A stretch of 64,000 nt of DNA from Macrostomum hystrix (GCA_950097015.1 CATNEN010000039.1:19220001-19284000), one strand, 5' to 3'. Shown: positions 40,033 through 53,258, numbered from the stretch's first letter. Made by a program: numbers and translations. Notes: generated from the sequence alone by a model not told the origin.

Positions 40033-40718
40033 CAGCAGGACTACCAAGCCATTTTGCCGCCCGTTTTTATACCAAGGGGGGACATTTTTCCCCAGCTGAG
40101 CTGACCACCAACCTTACTCTCCGCCCCTCTGCCAGCTGAACTGACCACCAACCTCTGTTCAGCTGCTGGACCTTCAACAAGTGGCACCAGCCGACTATGG
40201 AGTCCCTAAAGCGAATTTCTCTACTTTCGCTGATCAAGCCTCGACATTGGGCAACACTCAACTACGTTACATGCTCCTCTAGTCCGTAGGCTTGATCAGC
40301 GAAAGTAGAGAAATTCGCTTTAGGGACTCCATAGTCGGCTGGTGACAATTGTTGAAGGTCCATCAGCTCCGTCTAGATAAAGGTCGGTGACCGCCGAAGT
40401 CGGAGATGATGCAAGCACATTCGGGTGACATGCTGATAAAGTTTGAAGGCCTGGCAAGGCCGCACTGAGGCGCAGTGCAAATTCGTGTATAGGGGTGTAT
40501 GAAATACACTAGCTCTTATAGGAAAAATCGGACCTTCGGCCAGAAACATTGAATATCTCGACGGTCTGAAGAGCTGGCGACTTGTTTCTTGTTTCAGAAG
40601 ATGCGTAATAAAAAGTTGGCCCGTGTTCTTGAGTTTCGTGTGCTTGCATTGTTCCGTTCGGGTGCAGCAAAAAAATGGTCAGGGGGGGGGGGGAAATCCC
40701 CCCTTGGTAGTTCTACTG
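40033..40718 (+). mobile_element. TTAA-flanked MITE with a rearranged interior
   Basis: TTAA|CAGCAGGACTACCAAG ... CTTGGTAGTTCTACTG|TTAA; homologs at 18715, 37122 and 56062. Confidence 0.82.
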
Positions 40719-41407
40719 TTAATATTTTTTGAGAGGTTTTGTTGACGAGTTAGCCAGTAATTTTAGGAAAACTCTAAAAATTCAGATGAAAAAAATCATG
40801 CAAAAAATAAACTACACCTATCCAATCCAACAATATAGGCTGAATTACAATACCTACCTAAATTAGAAAGTGAAAGCACCCAAACGAATCTGATAAATTA
40901 TTGAATTGAAAAACCCAGACTGGAGTTGAAACTGGTATCTAACGATCTCATGACTAACCCAACGCCCGCAAATTCATATCGCTGTTGAAGTCAATCTTCA
41001 TATTCTCCTGGCTTTTTTATACCAAACTGTTTAATCTCTAGCGACAAAATTTAGGGGCCTACTAGGCTGTCACAGAAAAAATAGCGGCATTATAATCTAC
41101 AAGAGCGGATCTGCCTTCAGTTCCGAGACGTATTGTTTGTTATCGCCTATCTAGCAGCCCAGGTGGCTGTTATCAAGGTGCTGATAACAGCCATCCACAT
41201 TTTTCTGTTGTTATCAAATCTGCCTTTTTGTTTACCCTAGCAACCTAACCGTGAAAAAAAGGGTTTTAAATTTACAAAAAACTGGCAAATCACAAGAGGG
41301 GTTGATAAAAAGGGACTATCATAGAAGGAATAATATAATGAGGAAGATATCACAAAGGGGATAATCAGAACGGTATCAAATAGGGATAATCAAGAGGGAA
41401 TCATTGG

Positions 41408-42005
41408 ATAATCAGGAAGAGGCTGTCACAGAGGGGATAATCAGGAAGAGGCTGTCACAGAGGGGATAATCAGGAAGAGGCTATCACGGAGGGGATAATC
41501 AGGAAGAGTCTATCACGGAGGGGATAATCAGGAAGAGGCTGTCACAGAGGGGATAATCAGGAAGAGGCTGTCACAGAGGGATAATCAGGAAGAGGCTATC
41601 ACGGAGGGGATAATCAGGAAGAGGCTGTCACAGAGGGATAATCAGGAAGAGGCTATCACGGAGAGGATAATCAGGAAGAGGCTATCACAAGAGGGGATAA
41701 TCAGGAAGAGGCTATCACGGAGGGGATAATCAGGAAGAGGCTGTCACAGAGGGATAATCAGGAAGAGGCTATCACGGAGAGGATAATCAGGAAGAGGCTA
41801 TCACAAGAGGGGATAATCAGGAAGAGGCTATCACGGAGGGGATAATCAGGAAGAGGCTGTCACAGAGGGATAATCAGGAAGAGGCTATCACGGAGAGGAT
41901 AATCAGGAAGAGGCTATCACAAGAGGGGATAATCAGGAAGAGTCTATCACGGAGGGGATAATCAGGAAGAGGCTGTCACAGAGGGGATAATTAGGAAGAG
42001 GCTAT
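41408..42005. repeat. Minisatellite of about 29 bp (GGATAATCAGGAAGAGGCTGTCACAGAGG)
   Basis: Directly visible; degenerate halo at 41290-41410. Confidence 0.93.
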
Positions 42006-42596
42006 GGTATACCTGCACAAAAGCGTTGAAAAAAATGAAAGTGCCCTGTGATGATGCCGCAATTATAATAACTTGTTTCTAATCAGAAGTTGTCTTATAT
42101 AGAAGATAAAATTTGACAGCATTATGCAGTCGGTTACAACACAAAGTTACAAAATATAAATATAATGATCCAATTCCATTCCAAGAAATGGAATGAGAAT
42201 CAGATTCGCAGGATAACTATGGTTGTAATAAGTCTAATTAAAGCATAAATAAATATATAATTTAATCAACTCTTTAAGACGCACAATTACTACTAATAAA
42301 CTACAAGTAGTGAAGTGCGGATTTTACCATCATTGTCCGAACAAAAAACAATAAAGACACGAATTAAAGTCCAGACAACAAACGAGAGAAACACTATGCT
42401 AGATAAGTCGAGAATATGATGACAAGCAAAATTATAAAAACAGAATTGACTTATTAATTTCTCATTTATGAAGAAAATGTGCCAATTAAACTTTATAAAT
42501 TGTAAATATCTGAGGCAGTCTAAAGCTTTTATTATTAATAGTCAAATCTGAATTATTGCAGAAGTGAATTGAAAGAGAAACTGAAGAAGGAAACCA

Positions 42597-43860
42597 GAAA
42601 TAGGAATAGAGTGACAGAAATTGGATACAGAATGACGGAAATGGGAAACAGAGTGACAGAAATGGGAATACAGTGACAGAAATGGGAATAGAGTGACAGA
42701 AATTGGATACAGAATGACGGAAATGGGAAACAGAGTGACAGAAAAGGGAATAGAGTGACAGATATGGGAATACAGTGACAGAAATGGGAATATAGTGACA
42801 GAAATTGGATACAGAATGACGGAAATGGGAAACAGAGTGACAGAAATGGGAATACAGTGACAGAAATGGGAATAGAGTGACAGAAATTGGATACAGAATG
42901 ACGGAAATGGGAAACAGAGTGACAGAAAAGGGAATAGAGTGACAGAAATGGGAATACAGTGACAGAAATGGGAATATAGTGACAGAAATTGGATACAGAA
43001 TGACGGAAATGGGAAACAGAGTGACAGAAAAGGGAATAGAGTGACAGAAATGGGAATAGAGTGACAGAAGTGGGAAGAGAGTGACAGAAATGAGAAATAG
43101 AAAGACAGAAATGGAATAGAGCAACAGAAATGGGAATAGAGTGGCAGATATGGGAATAGAGTGACAGAAATGGGAATAGAGTGACAGATATGGGAATAGA
43201 GTGACAGAAATGGGAATAGAGTGACAAAAATGGGAATAGAAAGACAGAAATGGAATAGAGCAACAGAAATGGGAATAGAGTGGCAGATATGGGAATAGAG
43301 TGACAGAAATGGGAATAGAGTGACAAAAATGGGAATAGAAAGACAGAAATGGAATAGAACAACAGAAATGGAATAGAACAACAGAAATGGGAATAGAGTG
43401 GCAGATATGGGAATGGAGTGACAGAAATGGGAATAGAGTGACATATATGGGAATAGAGTGGCGGAAATGGGAATAGGGTGACATATATGGGAATAGGGTG
43501 ACAGAAATGGGAATAGAGCAACAGAAATGGGAATAGAGTGACAGAAATGGGAATAGAGTGACAGAAATGGAATAGAGCAACAGAAATGGGAATAGAGTGA
43601 CAGAAATGGGAATAGAGTGACAGAAATGGGAATAGAGTGACAGAAATGGGAATAGGGTGACAGAAATGGGAATAGAGCAACAGAAATGGGAATAGAGTGA
43701 CAGAAATGGGAATAGAGTGACAGAAATGGAATAGAGCAACAGAAATGGGAATAGAGTGACAGAAATGGGAATAGAGTGGCAGATATGGGAATAGAGTGAC
43801 AGAAATGGGAATAGAGTGACAGAAATGGAATAGAGCAACAGAAATGGGAATAGAGTGCCA
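42597..43860. repeat. 20-bp minisatellite (GAAATGGGAATAGAGTGACA)
   Basis: Directly visible, downstream of the ATP6AP1 stop. Confidence 0.95.
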
Positions 43861-44004
43861 GACAGAGATTATACGCAATCAGTTTTTTCTAAAGCAAATA
43901 AGTTATACCAAGCGTGAACAAAGACAATCTAGTCCTTGAAAACTACAGTTTGTTATTAATGAAACAGAAAAAGAAATCGCAGCTTTCATTCCAAAGTTCT
44001 ATAA

Positions 44005-46594
44005 TCAGTTGCCGCCCTCCTGCACATTAACCTGAATAGTCTTGCCCTTCGGGTCGTCGAATCTGTCCGGGGTGGCTACACTAACCAGCATGAGGACGCC
44101 GTACATGAGGATGACGGTGATGACTAGCAGGACTAGCAGGCTAAACCAGACTTCAACAGAGAAAAAACCGACACAGTCGTTGACCTGATTGGAGAATCGG
44201 CCACCTTTTAACACGCCAAACGGTTGCAATTGAAACTTTTTAAAGGCCAAGATTAGACTAGGCGTAGAATTGCTAGCCGAGCCGCTGATGGTGGCTAGCT
44301 GAACACCGCCGGTGCAATGATAACAGCTGCCGTTAGGCGTAGTGAAGCTGGCCAAACTCTGGGCTGTGAGGGCGGCCTCGGCCACGTTGGTACAGTTGGC
44401 CGAGCTACCTGAGCGGCAGGACAGAGCGGCGGTGCCGGAGATAACGCGCCAGATGCCAGTCTTGCTCCGGTCGCCGATGAAGTTGAGAGTGAGCTTTAGG
44501 CTGGCGATGGGAGCCGGCAGGGCTGATTGAGGATAGGCGAGGACCAGGGTTCGATTACCGCCGGCTGTGGCGCACTGGCTGAGGCTCGTGTCGATGATGC
44601 TTGAGCCGTCTGGCATCGATGGCACTGCCGGCAGAGTCTGCAACTTGCCCGACTGCTTGATGGACGCCTGCGGAATACAAATCCCGAAATTGGGAATCAC
44701 TATGAGCAGTGATTGTGGCAGCTGTTCAATGAGCAGTCATTGTGGAAGATGTTCTATGAGCAGTCATTGTGGCAGCTGTTCTATGAGCAGTGATTGTGAC
44801 AGCTGTTCTATGAGCAGTCATTGTGGAAGATGTTCTATGAGCAGTCATTGTGGCAGCTGTTCTATGAGCAGTCATTGTGGCAGCTGTCTATGAGCAGTCA
44901 TTGTGGAAGATGTTCTATGAGCAGTCATTGTGGCAGCTGTTCTATGAGCAGTGATTGTGGCAGCTGTTCAATGAGCAGTCATTGTGGAAGATGTTCTATG
45001 AGCAGTCATTGTGGCAGCTGTTCTATGAGCAGTCATTGTGGCAGCTGTCTATGAGCAGTCATTGTGGCAGCTGTTCTATGAGCAGTCATTGTGGCAGCTG
45101 TTCTATGAGCAGTCATTGTGGCAGCTGTTCTATGAGCAGTCATTGTGGCAGCTGTCTATGAGCAGTCATTGTGGCAGCTGTCTATGAGCAGTCATTGTGG
45201 CAGCTGTCTATGAGCAGTCATTGTGGCAGCTGTCTATGAGCAGTCATTGTGGCAGCTGTCTATGAGCAGTCATTGTTTAGCAGCTCCATAACAAGCTGTG
45301 AGCAGAGCTTATAGTGGAGCATTACGGATAGCTCACCTGCAGTGAGGAGTAATACAGGAGAACATCGCCTGAGCAGTTGACGAAAGTGCCGTTTGAGTTC
45401 GGCTCGGGAGTTGGCACAGCAAGCAGGTGGCGACCAGAGCCGGCGGCAGATTCAGCAGCGGCAGACGGAGTGGTTTCGCGAGCGGCAGTGAAAACCGCGA
45501 CGAATGGCAGGCCGCGAGACTAATGTGAGTAGAAAGATGCATTGAGTAGAGAATAAATGGTAATAATAGTTTTAGGCCAAAGCTGCATTAAAATGTGTGT
45601 TACTCGAGCGTAGCTCTTGACCTGAACCTCAGGGACCTAAATCTAAGGGACCTGAACCTCAGGGACCTGAACCTCAGGGACCTGAACCTCAGGGACCTGA
45701 ACCTCATGGACTTAAACCTCAGGGACATGAACCTCAGGGACCTGAACCTCAGGGACCTGAACCTCAGGGACCTGAACCTCAGGGACCTGAACCTCAGGGA
45801 CCTGAATCTCAGGGACCTGAACCTCAGGGACCTGAACCTCAGGGAACTGAAACTTAGGGACCTGAACCTCAGGCACCTGAACCTCAGGGACCTGAACCTA
45901 AGGACCTGAATCTAAGGACCTGAATCTAAGGACCTGAATCTAAGGACCTGAACCTAAGAACCTGAACCTAAGAACCTGAACCTAAGGGCCGGAGCCTGAA
46001 GATCTCAATCTGAATATCTGAAAATGAGTATGCGAAGAGTGTTCTCACCTGTAGAGCGGCGCACGCGGCGCCCAGAATCCGGTCAGCGGCGCTGGCATCG
46101 GCTGCTCGCACAATGACGAGTCGAGGAGAGCCGCCAGTTGTTGACGAGGCTTCAATAATGCGATCGACATCACCAACGGAGCCGGCAGCAACGTCTACAG
46201 GAGAACCGCGGCGCCAGTCGACGGAACGCAGCGTCGGCAGCAGGTTAGCAGCGTCGGATACAAGAAGGTGACGACCGTTTAGCTTATTCGACAATGCGGC
46301 AACGTTGACAAAGGCGGAGGAGCCCGCGTTCTCGCCGGCGAAGACGTCGCCAGATTTGGCAAAGTCAGCGAGGGCAAGGCCTTCGTCAATGTTGAAGATT
46401 AAAAGGACACCAGCGGAAGGCAAAGCGGCTACGCTGCCAGCCAAAGCGTCGGCTAGCTGCTTGGCGTTGACGCGAGCGGACGAAAGGCCGTTAAAATCGG
46501 CGACGCCGCTGTTGAGAACTACGGCGGGTACAGAGGCGGAGCAGAGGCCGGCAAGGGCCAGGAGAATGATCAGGTTCATTGGCAGCTGCGGCAT
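44005..46594 (-). CDS. ATP6AP1: V-ATPase accessory subunit Ac45/S1, about 463 aa, 3 exons
   Basis: Exons 46594-46049, 45519-45337, 44667-44005 (all phase 0). Signal peptide, [28 protein letters not shown] helix, [11 protein letters not shown]. Confidence 0.9.
44700..45276. repeat. 26-27-bp minisatellite (TATGAGCAGTCATTGTGGCAGCTGTTC) filling ATP6AP1 intron 2
   Basis: Directly visible. Confidence 0.95.
45618..45987. repeat. 14-15-bp minisatellite (GACCTGAACCTCAGG) in ATP6AP1 intron 1
   Basis: Directly visible. Confidence 0.94.
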
Positions 46595-46647
46595 TGCGGT
46601 TCCAGCTGAAAGGAAAGAAATTATAACCGTTTTTGGAACTTAAAACC

Positions 46648-47014
46648 ATAATAATAATAATAATTGCAGGAGGGCTGCGGGCAATGACACATAGTTTGGT
46701 GACACTAGACCCGCAGCCAGCGAGGAGGCAATTCTGCCCATTTCGCTGACTCCTGAGCACACACGCACACAGATACCGTACGCAGGCACACGCTCACACA
46801 GGTGTGTACATCTGCCCTGACTTTCTCATCGTCAGGCAGTGTACACTCGAACTGTGCCTTGGAGGTTGGCCCTCAAGGGCGTAAATTGCACGACAAGCCC
46901 CCAAGCCTTCTCTCCGCGGCTGCGCCCCAAAAAAATGTGGCCTCGCCGTGGAATCGAACTTAGGGACTGTGGTGCGAGTGGCAAACGCGTTAACCGCTCT
47001 GCCACCGACCCCCA
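46648..47014 (-). mobile_element. Full-length tRNA-derived SINE, family 1, with (ATT)n tail
   Basis: Minus-strand head GGGGGTCGGTGGCAGAGCGGTTAACGCG...GTTCGATTCC (A/B boxes); tail CCTGCAATTATTATTATT; other copies at 29563, 56995 and 60745. Confidence 0.82.
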
Positions 47015-47067
47015 CTTATAACCATAGAACTGGATAGATTCGGAGATGAACCTATGGAGTAGGGTAG

Positions 47068-47785
47068 ACTTGGAGCTTAATCCACGGATTAAAGGGAAGG
47101 CTTGGAGCTTAACCCACGGATTAAAGGGAAGTCTTGGAGCTTAATCCACGGATTAAAGGGAAGTATTGGAGCTTAATCCACGGATTAAAGGGAAGTCTTG
47201 GAGCTTAATCCACGGATTAAAGGGAAGGCTTGGAGCTTAACCCACGGATTAAAGGGAAGTCTTGGAGCTTAACCCACGGATTAAAGGGAAGTCTTGGAGC
47301 TTAATCCACGGATTAAAGGGAAGTCTTGGAGCTTAACCAACGGATTAAAGGGAAGTCTTGGAGCTTAATCCACGGATTAAAGGGAAGTCTTGGAGCTTAA
47401 TCCACGGATTAAAGAGTAGGTTAGGAGCTTAATCCACGGATTAAAGAGTAGGTTAGGAGCTTAATCCACGGATTAAAGAGTAGGTTAGGAGCTTAATCCA
47501 CGGATTAAAGAGTAGGTTAGGAGCTTAATCCACGGATTAAAGAGTAGGTTGGGAGCTTAATCCACGGATTAAAGAGTAGGTTAGGAGCTTAATCCACGGA
47601 TTAAAGAGTAGGTTAGGAGCTTAATCCACGGATTAAAGAGTAGGTTGGGAGCTTAATCCACGGATTAAAGAGTAGGTTAGGAGCTTAATCCACGGATTAA
47701 AGAGTAGGTTAGGAGCTTAATCCACGGATTAAAGAGTAGGTTAGGAGCTTAATCCACGGATTAAAGGGTAGGTTTGGAGCTTTAT
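47068..47785. repeat. 32-bp minisatellite with palindromic core TTAATCC-AC-GGATTAA
   Basis: About 22 copies in two variant blocks that switch at about 47410. Confidence 0.95.
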
Positions 47786-48138
47786 CTACGGATGAAATAG
47801 GTTATAGCTTAACCCATAGATATAAAAAATTGAGCTTAACTTATGGATATAAAATGGAAGATTTTGAGCTCAACCCATTGATAAATTGTTCGATATATTA
47901 CGAACCTAACTTACTGACGATCGGGTTAATTAAAACCTACTTTAAAACTAAAAACACATATCCTTTTGTACTCAACAAGAAAATGATAAGTAACTAACAG
48001 AACCTTGTTTATTATTGGATAAGCTTATCTTTTCCAGAGCATTAAGGCAAAACATAAAATTGAACTAATGTTAAAATAATGCAATTTCCAGACTAAACTA
48101 AAATTCAATCGGGCTCAGTATCTCAGTATCGATTTGCC

Positions 48139-49815
48139 CTAATAGTTTCGCCAAGGAAACGAATTGAAATCAGCTTCAAAATTTAGATTTGGCCGTTTAG
48201 TGCCGTCCGCATTGAATCGTCTGTCCAGGCTCTGCCGCATCGCATTGTCCCGACGCCAAAGGCCGGAGTATCGGTATGGCTGGCCGTCCTGCATGTGCTG
48301 ATAGCGATAATGCTGAGCAAAATATTCGCTAAATAAAAAACAGGCCTTCCATCTGCGCTCGTGATACCGCGGCATAGAGTGCACCCGGCGCTGGGCCAGG
48401 CTAGCCTCGGCTTCGGCGCTCAATTCGGGAATAATCTCCGATTTTGGCGCGTCGGCTAGCCGACGACGCATTTTAAGTTCGCCGCTTTCGTTAGCGTAGC
48501 AATTGGCGAAGTCAGCGGCACTGCTGGGCACACCGTCTGGCAGGCTCAGAGGCTGGATCTGAATTTGTTGGATTCGTGATTGACTACATAGATAATGGGG
48601 TTGAGGACTTTGAGGTTTTTAATTGAGACATTTGGGATTTGGTCAATACGGAAATCTTAAGAATTTGAATTTTAATAGGTACTTTTGGGATTTGAGAGTT
48701 CAATAAGGACATCTGGGATTTTGGTCTTCGATTGGGACAATGGGATTTTGGTTTTTAATAGTGCCATTTGGGATTTTAGACTTCAAATGGGACATTTGGG
48801 ATTTCGGTCTTTAATAGGGACATTGGGATTTAGGTTTTCTACTACTAGGAGTTTAATTTGATATTAAAATCCTTGATGAAATGGATTGTACACTAAGATT
48901 CTTAACACTAAGACACTAAGTACACTTAAGTGGGATGTTGCGATTTCAAACTAGGGTGGGATATTTTATATTTGGACTTGAGAGAGATTTTGGGATTTCG
49001 GAGTTGAGTGGGATTTTAGGATTCGGGGTTGGGTGGGATGTTGGGATTTCGTAGTTGAGTGGGATTTTGGGATTCGGGGTTGGGTGGGACGTTGGGATTT
49101 CGGACGACTTGGATGGGGTTTTGTAATTTGAGTAATGATTGGGATATTAGGATTTCGGAGTTAGGTGACAAATTGAGATTTTACTAACTCGTGGGATATT
49201 TGGATTTGAGTAACGAATGGGATATTTGGATTTGAGTAACGAATGGGATATTGGGATTTTTGTAATGACTGAGATACTGGGATTTGAGTAACAAATGGGA
49301 TATTGGGATAATTGGGATTTGTGTAATGAGTGGGATATTTGGGTGTGCTGCAGAAATTTGAACTAGAGAGATCAGCTCACATGCAGGAGGTGTTGCACCT
49401 TGCGCAGGTCCTCAGCAACACTGGGTATATTAGGCAGCGCCATCCACTGCCGCATCGGTGTATCATGCTTCATGCCCAGCTTGTACAATAGGCACTTCTC
49501 ATAATAGGTGCTGGCCCGCCAAGGCATCAGTCGACGTATCAGCAGCACTTTGGCCGGATCCGCCCTGGCTGGCAGCTCGCCATTGTCTTCTTTCTGCTTC
49601 TGGGCCCGTTCAGCTTCGGTGAGTTTAAACAGTCTCTTAGCCCAGGCCTGAGGCTCAAGGTGTTCGATAGTGCCAGGAACAGGCTTGGACTCCCAAGTGC
49701 GACCTACTAGCAGACTGGCGCTAATGTGCAACTGGCGGCTTACAGAATTGACACCTGTTGACAGCTGGCCAGCGGTTGCTTGGCAACACAGCCGAAATGT
49801 AGCTAATTGGGACAG
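48139..49815 (-). CDS. MRPL30: Mitochondrial ribosomal protein uL30m with a C-terminal extension, about 285 aa; no genomic in-frame ATG (start inferred at a splice acceptor)
   Basis: Exons 49815-49381 and 48558-48139. KVLLIRRL..YYEK..LYKLG..NIPSVAEDLRKVQHLLHIQPLSLPDGVP matches uL30m; N-terminus LSQLATFRL..RQLHISASLL is presequence-like. Confidence 0.8.
48595..49345. repeat. Degenerate TGGGATATT/TGGGATTT-rich repeat in the MRPL30 intron
   Basis: Recurring motif with irregular period. Confidence 0.7.
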
Positions 49816-51690
49816 CTGCAGTTTATTTTTAAAGTTACTTGCATGATGTTTGGAATTATATTTGCAGTCTTAGACACAGTATACGAACAGTAGATAAACA
49901 TTACTAACCATTACTAAACATTACTAACAGTAGGTATATATTTTAGTTTTCATATGTTTTTAACAACTCTTTTATACTTTTATACAACTGAAGTACTGTG
50001 TCAATATTGCTGTGACCATGTGACACTGCATCTTACTCAGATTTGCAACAACAAAAAACTGTTTTTATAAGAATAAACCTATTTATAAGAAAACAATGTT
50101 TTACAGAATAAATCGATTTTCATGTGATACAATTGTTAAAATACTTGTTTAAAACATAGCGAAAATCTAGTTTTAGAGATATCAGTATCAGAGATAAGGT
50201 TACAAGTTATTCTAAAAGTATAGAGAAATAGAAATGATTGGCAAGACAAAGAAATAGCTGTAATCCTAGATCCACTGAGACAGACTTAAACAGTGATTAT
50301 AGAGAGTAAAAAGTAAAAAGTAAGAAATAAGTATGACCAATATATTCCTACATTATTGAATTCATACTGCTAGCATTTGGACATAGAAAGGAAACACAAA
50401 ATAAATACAAAAAGTTAAACTAGAAATAGAATAACAAATAATTTTTGAGCCATCTAAAAACAACTTTAATATGTCTGATGATTTTTTAGATTAATTAATT
50501 TATTTTAAGGTTGATTATTGAAACAATTTTTAAACAGACAATTTAGCCTTTCTTTAGTTACATAGGAGGATGGACTAAATAAATATGCCAATAAAAACTA
50601 TAAGATGCTATTCAAATATTAATATTAAAAAAAATGTTTAATTATAGAATTAATTTGATAATTAATTTACCAACATTTATATGGTGTAATGGATTATTTA
50701 ATACAGTACACAGCAGTACATGAGAAGGCATAGGTAGGCAATTAAGGTCAGGCATATACAACACTTAAAATCCCACATAATAAGTCATACAGTAAAAACC
50801 TGGTACTATTGACATTATAATGTAACAACAAAATATAGCAAATTAATTGCTATGTTTCATTAGCAATCATTAGAAAATAAATGTCACTTTAGCCATCTAG
50901 CCTGAATACTAGAAGTGAAAAAATCACTAGTGGTTATAGTAATTAGGCATAGGCTTAGGCAAACAGCCTATTAGATTTATGTATATTTCATTTAAAAGCT
51001 TTGCTACCAAAATGACAAATTAAGAAAAAGTTCTCCTACACAATTAGCCTACACTAAGTTCTACACTTATATAAATTGTACTTGTTGTAGGGCTATAGCT
51101 AGCAATAGGCCTATATAAGTATAAAGCAGTAATATTGAAGAAGTGATAATGGCAGAATTAGTAGGCCTAGGCATACTAATCAATTAGCTAACTAGTAGCT
51201 TATATTGCAGCTTACATTTATTATTAATATTATTTGTGATGAATGTGAGCTAATATTAAAATAAGTCAGGCATAGTTTCAATTCCACTCTAAATAATTTT
51301 AACACACTTCAATGCATGTTTAATTACCTATTAATGAGAACCTAACAACCTAGAGGCCAACACACATACTATCAAATGCCTGAATTTTATAGAATACTTC
51401 TAGGAATTCATGTGGCACTGAGTCTTTGCCATGCATTAGTTTGGCAACATCCTAGTATTAGATTGCACATTATTATCCTCTGTGACTCTTATTTGACTTA
51501 ATTGCCTATGATTTGCTATGACTTTCCTTGCTCCTTGGCTTTGGCTCTGAGTTGTTAAGGTCCCATTGATTGTTAATGAAGCATGTGTTAAAATTATTTT
51601 TAAAAAATAGAGCAGGAAACCAAAACTGTGCCAAAACTTATATATAACATTTTCAATTTCACATAGACATATTAGCTATTTGTAAGTTGT

Positions 51691-52421
51691 TGTAATGGCA
51701 ATGTTCTACTTCCATTTGTTATATTATTTTTTTGTTTGCAAATGACAGATAACAACAAAATACAAGTTTAACAATAACAAAACGTCAGTAGTTTGGTCAG
51801 AGAGTTCTGAAAAGTCTTGGTCAGTATTTCTTCTTTTAAACCGGGTAAGTGCCTAATCCAATAGAGGAGGGCACCAAAGCTATTCTTGGGGTATAGACAG
51901 TGCCATAAGAATTCTTCGAGGTGGCTTAGAGTCGAATAGAGCAGCACTTGTGCTATGCATTTGACGCAGCTTGGCCTTTGCAAAATCTTCAGCTGCAGAA
52001 TTTCTGTGCCTTAGCTTCCTGTTCCCCCATATTTGCCATAGGGTAATGTATAAGGTATGCTTTTGCAATAGGCCTAAACAATTCTACTGAAACATCAATA
52101 TCTTTCTTTCCTCTTAATGCTTCATTGCTCCTCATGCCTCAGCTTGTAGATAATTTCTTTGACTTTCAAATTAGTTGTTCTGTGAAACACAATAGCTTGT
52201 TTCTGTCTTGCACGAGACCAAGGAAGGAGTCAAAATTCTTGTTCGGTTTTGAAGATACACTGTTTGGTTGATGATACATTAGGCTACCCTAGACATAGAT
52301 CCAAGTGTCAAGTCATGGCAAAGCCACATCAGCACAGCTTTTTCAAACTCAAAATGCATGTGTGGCACGAATTCAAACGAAAAAATAATATAACAAATGG
52401 AAGTAGAATATTGCCATTGTA
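51691..52421. mobile_element. Probable DNA-transposon remnant with TIRs of about 40 bp
   Basis: AATGGCAATGTTCTACTTCCATTTGTTATATTATTTTTT (51694) is inverted at about 52380-52418. Confidence 0.6.
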
Positions 52422-53201
52422 ACTATACATAAAATGGCTTCTCTTTAGCCAATATGGCAATAAAGCACAACTGTCTATAATTTTCTCAAGCTAAAACTTC
52501 TGATTGTTGGATATTCGTTTTGTCTTGCTGGCAAAAAAACTAAACAGGAATCAGGATAGGCTGACAAATTTGATCTTCTGCATAGGGCAAATATTGTATT
52601 TCTCTGAATAAAGGCCTCAAAATCTCAGGAAGCTAATATTAGTGATGTAAAAGAAAGCTATTGTTGAAAAAATCACTATGTCTATTACAAATAACAGATG
52701 AAACTTATATGATTAACATAGCACTTTCTTCTCACATAACGATTGAATGTATTAAATATGTCGTCATCTGTATAGCATTTTTAGACTTAAAGATTAGACA
52801 CTAAATACTTTTTTCAGATGTATCAACTAATGCAATAAATTCTCGCTATTATCCACTTTTGGCCTCTGAAATTACTATTAATTCTCATTAAAATGCAAGG
52901 CTTCATCGCGCGTTGTTGGTGGATGATGAGAGAGTATTGAGAGATGACGATCAATAATTAATTGTTGACCGTTGCAAAAAAAGAAAACCGAAAATTGAAA
53001 ACAAATAAGCAAAATTTAAACAAATATTATGCCCCAATTTAAGACGTGTTCGGATAGAAGTTCTAAGAAGCATGTATAATAAACTTTTTTCAATTCAGAA
53101 ACTTATCATTGATACTTTCTCTCACCAAATTATTGTTGCACACTATACTACCTGAAGTCTCTGCCACCGGGCTTGATTAGCTCTCTGGTAACAGCTGAAA
53201 C

Positions 53202-53258
53202 CAGGGACTAAGACTAAAACACAGGGACACAAGTGTTTTAGTGTTTTAGTAGTCCCTG
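53202..53258. mobile_element. 57-bp minimal hAT-type MITE with a perfect 8-bp TSD
   Basis: GCTGAAAC|CAGGGACTA...TAGTCCCTG|GCTGAAAC. Confidence 0.8.

Noticed and set aside
42486-43878. Hydrophobic 300-450-aa ORFs
   Set aside because: 20-bp satellite open in all three minus-strand frames
45595-45909. Pentapeptide-repeat-like ORF (DLNLR)n, and likewise (ADWMG)n at 63276-63854
   Set aside because: 15-bp DNA repeats with almost no synonymous variation; the first lies antisense within an intron
49803-49844. ATG at 49844 as the MRPL30 start
   Set aside because: Out of frame with the MRPL30 ORF; reaches TAG after 13 codons
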